Assembly (NCBI GenBank): GCA_963662945.1
Contig: OY759974.1
Span: 160,001 to 224,000, forward strand
Length of the DNA: 64,000 nt
Source of the DNA: Arcobacteraceae bacterium
Lineage (GTDB): Bacteria; Campylobacterota; Campylobacteria; Campylobacterales; Arcobacteraceae
Direction of reading: 5' to 3'
Shown here: in pieces, positions 59,511-64,000 of the stretch
Numbering within the stretch: position 1 is the stretch's first letter
Layout: every line of letters begins with the position of its first letter
Translations under genes and position numbers: made by a program
The notes under the pieces: generated by a model
Seen by the model: the letters and a program-made list of their open reading frames with translations, nothing else
Databases searched by the model: none
Told to the model about the DNA's origin: nothing

Positions 59511-61472
59511 ATGTCAGATTCATGTAAAAAAGTATATATAACCACACCTATCTATTATGTAAACGATGTAGCACATATAGGTCATGCCTACACAACTATC
59601 ATAGCAGATATGTTAGCAAGATACTCAAGACTAGTAGGGTATGATACTTTTTTCTTAACAGGTACTGATGAACATGGTCAAAAAATTGCAGATAGTGCTG
59701 CTGCTAGAAATAAAACGCCAAAAGAATATGCAGATGAAGTAAGTGGAAAGTTTAAAAAACTTTGGGATGATTTTGATATCTCTTATGATAAATTCATCAG
59801 AACTACAGATGAAGAACATAAAATTGGTGTTCAAAAAGCTTTTGAAAAAATGTATGCAAAAGGTGATATCTATAAAGGTCACTATGAGGGTAACTATTGT
59901 GTAAGTTGTGAAACTTTTTTTACAGATGCTCAACTTATCGACGGAGAAGGTTGTCCTGATTGTGGGAGACCTACAAGTGTCGTAAAAGAGGAAAGTTACT
60001 TTTTTAAACTTTCTAACTATGAAGATAAACTTCTAAAACTTTATGAAGAAAATCCAGAATTTATATTGCCAAAAGCAAAAGCAAAAGAGATAGTAAACTT
60101 TGTAAGTGGTGGATTAAATGACCTTTCAATCTCACGTACAAGTTTTGATTGGGGTGTAAAATTACCAGCTTCTATGAATGATGATAAACACGTAATGTAT
60201 GTATGGCTTGATGCTCTTTTAAACTATATTACTGCACTTGGATATGGAAGTGATGAAGCAAATATGAAATACTGGCCTGCAAAAGTACAACTAGTAGGAA
60301 AAGATATTCTAAGATTTCACTCTATTTTTTGGCCAGCATTTTTAATGAGTCTTGATCTACCACTTCCTGATCATATTGCAGCACATGGTTGGTGGACAAG
60401 AGATGGTGAAAAGATGTCAAAATCAAAAGGAAATGTTGTAGATCCAAAAGAAGTAGCAGATGCGTATGGACTAGATAGTTTTAGATATTTTATGCTTAGA
60501 GAAGTACCATTTGGTCAAGATGGAGACTTTTCTCAACGAGCTTTAATGGATAGAATCAACTCAGATTTAGGAAATGATTTAGGAAACCTTTTAAATAGAA
60601 TCCAAGGGATGAGTGGAAAATATTTTGATTTTAAAGTAACAAGTAAAGATGTTGCAAAATATCATCAAAAAGAATTAGATGATGTTCATACAATTTTAGA
60701 AAATGCCGAGCCACTTATCTATAATATGCAAATCAATAGATACCTTGAAGAGATTTGGAAAGTATTAACAATTGCAAATAAAGCAATAGGTGATTATGAA
60801 CCGTGGACTATGATGAAAGATGGTCGTGAAGAGGAAGCTATGGCTCTTGTTGCTCTTATTACAAATATTATGGCAAAAGTTTCATTATTACTTGATAGTG
60901 TAATGCCAGAAAAAATAGCTAAAATAGCTTCTTCGTTAGGAATTGAAATTTCAACAGAAAACTATAAAAAACTTCTAAAAAACAAAGAATTAATAGCTGA
61001 TACAACTATCACTAAAATTGATGCCCTATTCCCAAGAATAGAAGAAGAACTAATAGCAACTGCTGAAGTACAAAAAACAGAATCTATAGTGGAAAAGCCA
61101 AGAAAAGAAGCTGGAAAACAAGATATAAAAGAGGAAGAACCAGACAATTTAATAACAATAGATCAATTCTTTGAAACAACACTACGAATTGGTACAATTG
61201 TTGAAGCCCAAGAGGTTCCAAAGTCTAAAAAACTTTTAAAACTTCAAGTTGATGTTGGAGAGAGTCAACCACGACAAATACTTGCAGGTATCAAAGAATT
61301 TTATAGTGCAGAATCTTTAGTTGGTACTCAAGCTTGTGTTGTAGCTAACTTAAAACCTGCAAAACTCATGGGTATGGTAAGTGAAGGTATGTTGCTCGCA
61401 GCTAAAGATGAAAATGGACTACACCTTTTAAGACCAGAAGCTAGTAAAGTAGCTGGAACAAAAGTAAGCTAG
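59511..61472 (+). CDS. metG: methionine--tRNA ligase with C-terminal tRNA-binding domain
   Basis: TTPIYYVN, HIGH, GTDEHG, KMSKS, VANLKPAKLMG. Confidence 0.98.
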   Translation: MSDSCKKVYITTPIYYVNDVAHIGHAYTTIIADMLARYSRLVGYDTFFLTGTDEHGQKIADSAAARNKTPKEYADEVSGKFKKLWDDFDISYDKFIRTTDEEHKIGVQKAFEKMYAKGDIYKGHYEGNYCVSCETFFTDAQLIDGEGCPDCGRPTSVVKEESYFFKLSNYEDKLLKLYEENPEFILPKAKAKEIVNFVSGGLNDLSISRTSFDWGVKLPASMNDDKHVMYVWLDALLNYITALGYGSDEANMKYWPAKVQLVGKDILRFHSIFWPAFLMSLDLPLPDHIAAHGWWTRDGEKMSKSKGNVVDPKEVADAYGLDSFRYFMLREVPFGQDGDFSQRALMDRINSDLGNDLGNLLNRIQGMSGKYFDFKVTSKDVAKYHQKELDDVHTILENAEPLIYNMQINRYLEEIWKVLTIANKAIGDYEPWTMMKDGREEEAMALVALITNIMAKVSLLLDSVMPEKIAKIASSLGIEISTENYKKLLKNKELIADTTITKIDALFPRIEEELIATAEVQKTESIVEKPRKEAGKQDIKEEEPDNLITIDQFFETTLRIGTIVEAQEVPKSKKLLKLQVDVGESQPRQILAGIKEFYSAESLVGTQACVVANLKPAKLMGMVSEGMLLAAKDENGLHLLRPEASKVAGTKVS

Positions 61473-61485
61473 TATTTTATAAAAT

Positions 61486-62442
61486 ATGCAAATAACTGCA
61501 CTAACAGATATAGTTGAAGGGAAACTTCTCAATACCCCTTCCATATCTTTTGTAACTCAAGTACATACTAATCTTGCAAAAGTAAATGAGGGTGATGCTT
61601 TTTTTGCTACAAATGCAGAAGATATTCCTGAGGCTATAAAAAAAGGTGCATTTGCTATTATTTATCAATTTCAAACAACTATTCTAGACAATGAAATTGC
61701 GTGGATTCAAACAGATGATTTAGAAAAAGCCATCTGTAATATTTTAAGATTTAACCTTTTAAAACACAATATAAAATATATCCATACAAATAAAGTATTT
61801 TTTAAACTTCTCAATGCGTTTAAATCAAAAGAACTTTCATATATCGTGACATTAAAAGATAATTTGCTTTTAGATTTTGAACTTCTCAATAATATTGTAG
61901 AAGATAAAATTATCTTCGGAACAAATTTTGACTTTTTAGAATCAATTGGAGCCGATGTATTATCTTTAGAAAACAAAATCTATGATGTGAAAAATCTTAC
62001 AAGTCACTCTTTATTTGAAACCTCATTTTCTTATAAAGATAAATTTTTTGACAAGATTAAAATACCAACTGTGTATATCAATGATTTACTCCAACAGCTA
62101 GAACTTTTTGAATATAAAGTGGACTTAAAAAAACTTAATAGCTTTAATCTCTTTAAACCTATTTTTATCAATAAAAGCAACCAAATAGTTCAATTTGGTC
62201 AAACAAATCGATTTATTCTTGCAAATGAAGATAAAGAGATTTGCAACATTGAAATCTCATATCTTAAAGAGCACTATAGTTATGCAAATATTAAAGTTAT
62301 TGATACAACAAATAGTGATGATAATGAAATCTTTAGTCATATCAAAAACAATAATTTTAATGCCTTATATCTTTGTGGTACAACATATAAAACAATTATA
62401 AAAATTCTTGAAAATAATTATGATGATAATAGGCTTTTATAA
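61486..62442 (+). CDS. hypothetical protein with Mur-ligase-like N-terminal domain
   Basis: N-terminus (VNEGDAFFA...AIKKGA) resembles the MurE/MurF N-domain, but no ligase P-loop is visible. Confidence 0.65.
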   Translation: MQITALTDIVEGKLLNTPSISFVTQVHTNLAKVNEGDAFFATNAEDIPEAIKKGAFAIIYQFQTTILDNEIAWIQTDDLEKAICNILRFNLLKHNIKYIHTNKVFFKLLNAFKSKELSYIVTLKDNLLLDFELLNNIVEDKIIFGTNFDFLESIGADVLSLENKIYDVKNLTSHSLFETSFSYKDKFFDKIKIPTVYINDLLQQLELFEYKVDLKKLNSFNLFKPIFINKSNQIVQFGQTNRFILANEDKEICNIEISYLKEHYSYANIKVIDTTNSDDNEIFSHIKNNNFNALYLCGTTYKTIIKILENNYDDNRLL

Positions 62443-63100
62443 AAAAATATTCATTTTAGTTCTCTTTTTAGCTATAACACTCGTAGCTGAAAATCCAAAA
62501 TATTTCAGTGATAAATTTATAAACACTCCATATCAAGCAAATACTTTAATTGGTTCTTTCACTACTAAAGAAAAACTAGTAACAAGAACTGATATGTTTG
62601 ACTGTTTTACATTTGTAGATTATATTGAAGCTTCTAAATCACAAGAGTCTATTGAAAAAGCACTTAAAAATATACGTTATAAACATGGCATAGTAACCTA
62701 TACAAAAAGAAATCATTTTTTTAGTGATTGGATTATTTATAATCCACATATGAAAGATATTACTTGTAAAGTTGGAATTTGTCAAAAAACTCTTAAGAAC
62801 CTTAATCAAAAATCTAAAAATGAAGTTTATCTTCAAGGTATAGAGATAATTCAAAGAGAAATTTACTATACTAAACCAGAAAACTTAGATTATACGAACT
62901 TAGAGAGTGGAGACTATATCGGTATCTATACTGCTAAAAATGGACTTGATGTGACACATGTTGGTATTGCTATTCAAAAAGAGAATATATGGTATTTAAG
63001 ACATGCTAGTTCAAAAATGAAAAAAGTAATTGATAGTAATCTAAAAGAATATATAAAAAATAAAGATGGCATTATCATCTATAGAAGTGATATGAAATGA
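62420..63100 (+). CDS. DUF1460 / NlpC-P60-fold amidase-like exported protein
   Basis: Signal peptide; PYQANTL, FDCFTFVDY, RNHFFSDW, GLDVTHVG, HASS. Confidence 0.85.
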   Translation: MMIIGFYKKIFILVLFLAITLVAENPKYFSDKFINTPYQANTLIGSFTTKEKLVTRTDMFDCFTFVDYIEASKSQESIEKALKNIRYKHGIVTYTKRNHFFSDWIIYNPHMKDITCKVGICQKTLKNLNQKSKNEVYLQGIEIIQREIYYTKPENLDYTNLESGDYIGIYTAKNGLDVTHVGIAIQKENIWYLRHASSKMKKVIDSNLKEYIKNKDGIIIYRSDMK

Positions 63101-64000
63101 ATTTACATAATAAAAAAATATTTTTCTCTGGTCGTGGAGAGAAAATAGAAAAAGAGGAACTTTTAAAATACTTTATTCAAAATGAAGCTATTATGGTTGA
63201 TGATGTAGATGAATCTGATATTATCATACAAGGATATATGACTTCAACTTATGATGAAGATAGATTTTATCTACTATCACGTGAGGGAAAAGAGCTTTAT
63301 ACTATTGAAGAAATTGAAAAAGAGTTTAGTGCAAATTTAGATATTGATTCTATTTTGATGGCTATTAAAATATCGAAAGAGAAACAAAGAGTTATCAATC
63401 TTTTAAAAAATAGATACTTTAGTGATGAAGTCTTTACAAAAATACTCAAATATTATGATTGGGAAAATACAGGTATTTATGATAGTGATGAAAACAGAGA
63501 TGTAGCTACTGCGATCACACAGAGATTTTGTAGTTTAGTGGAAACAAACCACAATATCCAGCACTCACCAATAGGAATATACTACACAGCTTTAGAAACA
63601 ACAAATGAAAAGCTTTTAGAAATTATATATAATATGCCCGCATATTCAATTAGTGATAAAAATGCTCAACAAAATCAACCCTTAACTCTTAAAGAAGTGG
63701 TGGCACTTAATCCAAATACACCAAAACCTGTATTGATACAAATATTTAAAGATAACAACCAAAGAGAGATAGAATTTTTAGCACAAAATCAATCTCTCAA
63801 TAAACTTCTCAAAACAAAGCTATTTGAACTTAAAAATACTACAGTTAGTAAAAATCTTATTATTTCAAATAATATTGAGTTTGAAAATATTGATAGCATT
63901 TTAAAAAATAGTGAACTAAAAACTGAACTTTTAAAACATATCATACTAGATGATACTATTTTTAATAAACTTCTTGCAGTTAATTTAAGTGATGTAGAGT
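63097..64000 (+). CDS. hypothetical protein (partial, runs off the window)
   Basis: ATGA overlap with the previous gene; frame MNLHNKKIFFSGRGEKIEKEELLKYF... stays open to the window end; not in the ORF track because it has no stop. Confidence 0.8.
   Translation, partial: MNLHNKKIFFSGRGEKIEKEELLKYFIQNEAIMVDDVDESDIIIQGYMTSTYDEDRFYLLSREGKELYTIEEIEKEFSANLDIDSILMAIKISKEKQRVINLLKNRYFSDEVFTKILKYYDWENTGIYDSDENRDVATAITQRFCSLVETNHNIQHSPIGIYYTALETTNEKLLEIIYNMPAYSISDKNAQQNQPLTLKEVVALNPNTPKPVLIQIFKDNNQREIEFLAQNQSLNKLLKTKLFELKNTTVSKNLIISNNIEFENIDSILKNSELKTELLKHIILDDTIFNKLLAVNLSDVE

Noticed and set aside
732-62854. Numerous short (60-115 aa) ORFs nested in or antisense to called genes
   Set aside because: They overlap confident CDSs and show no RBS or recognisable motifs

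Overview
AT-rich bacterial chromosome segment. Gene content and order, TGnTATAAT promoters and AAGGA ribosome-binding sites point to Campylobacterota, probably Arcobacteraceae-like (inference). Most of the window is housekeeping: glnD-like, trpF, rpe, dapD, trpC, dapE, ppx, ubiX-coaD-tmk, the AmmeMemoRadiSam trio and metG. It also holds a ~19 kb LPS/LOS core cluster with six GT9 heptosyltransferase-family genes. There are two accessory regions. (1) A ~2.5 kb defence/toxin-antitoxin islet (1511-3995) containing a decayed Type IIG R-M tail, a putAbiC-like gene, a DUF2513-like gene, a truncated dinD and a ParE-type TA pair. (2) An ~8.7 kb capsid-less element integrated at tRNA-Leu(CAA), bounded by 18-bp att repeats at 18346 and 27065. 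It encodes an integrase, a RelE-type TA pair with an unrecognised antitoxin, an AlpA/Xis-like HTH protein, a DnaB-N-terminal/DUF3987 fusion replicase, a second Xer-like recombinase and an adenine methylase. It also has a 1.2 kb non-coding region with three distinct repeat arrays and a predicted ~70-nt minus-strand sRNA whose 5' segment matches the centre of one array at 17/20 positions. Other oddities are a tandem DnaT-like-domain gene pair after trpC, a LapG-like protein lacking its catalytic triad, and a resolvase homolog lacking its catalytic serine. All family calls come from motif recognition by eye; no database searches were run.
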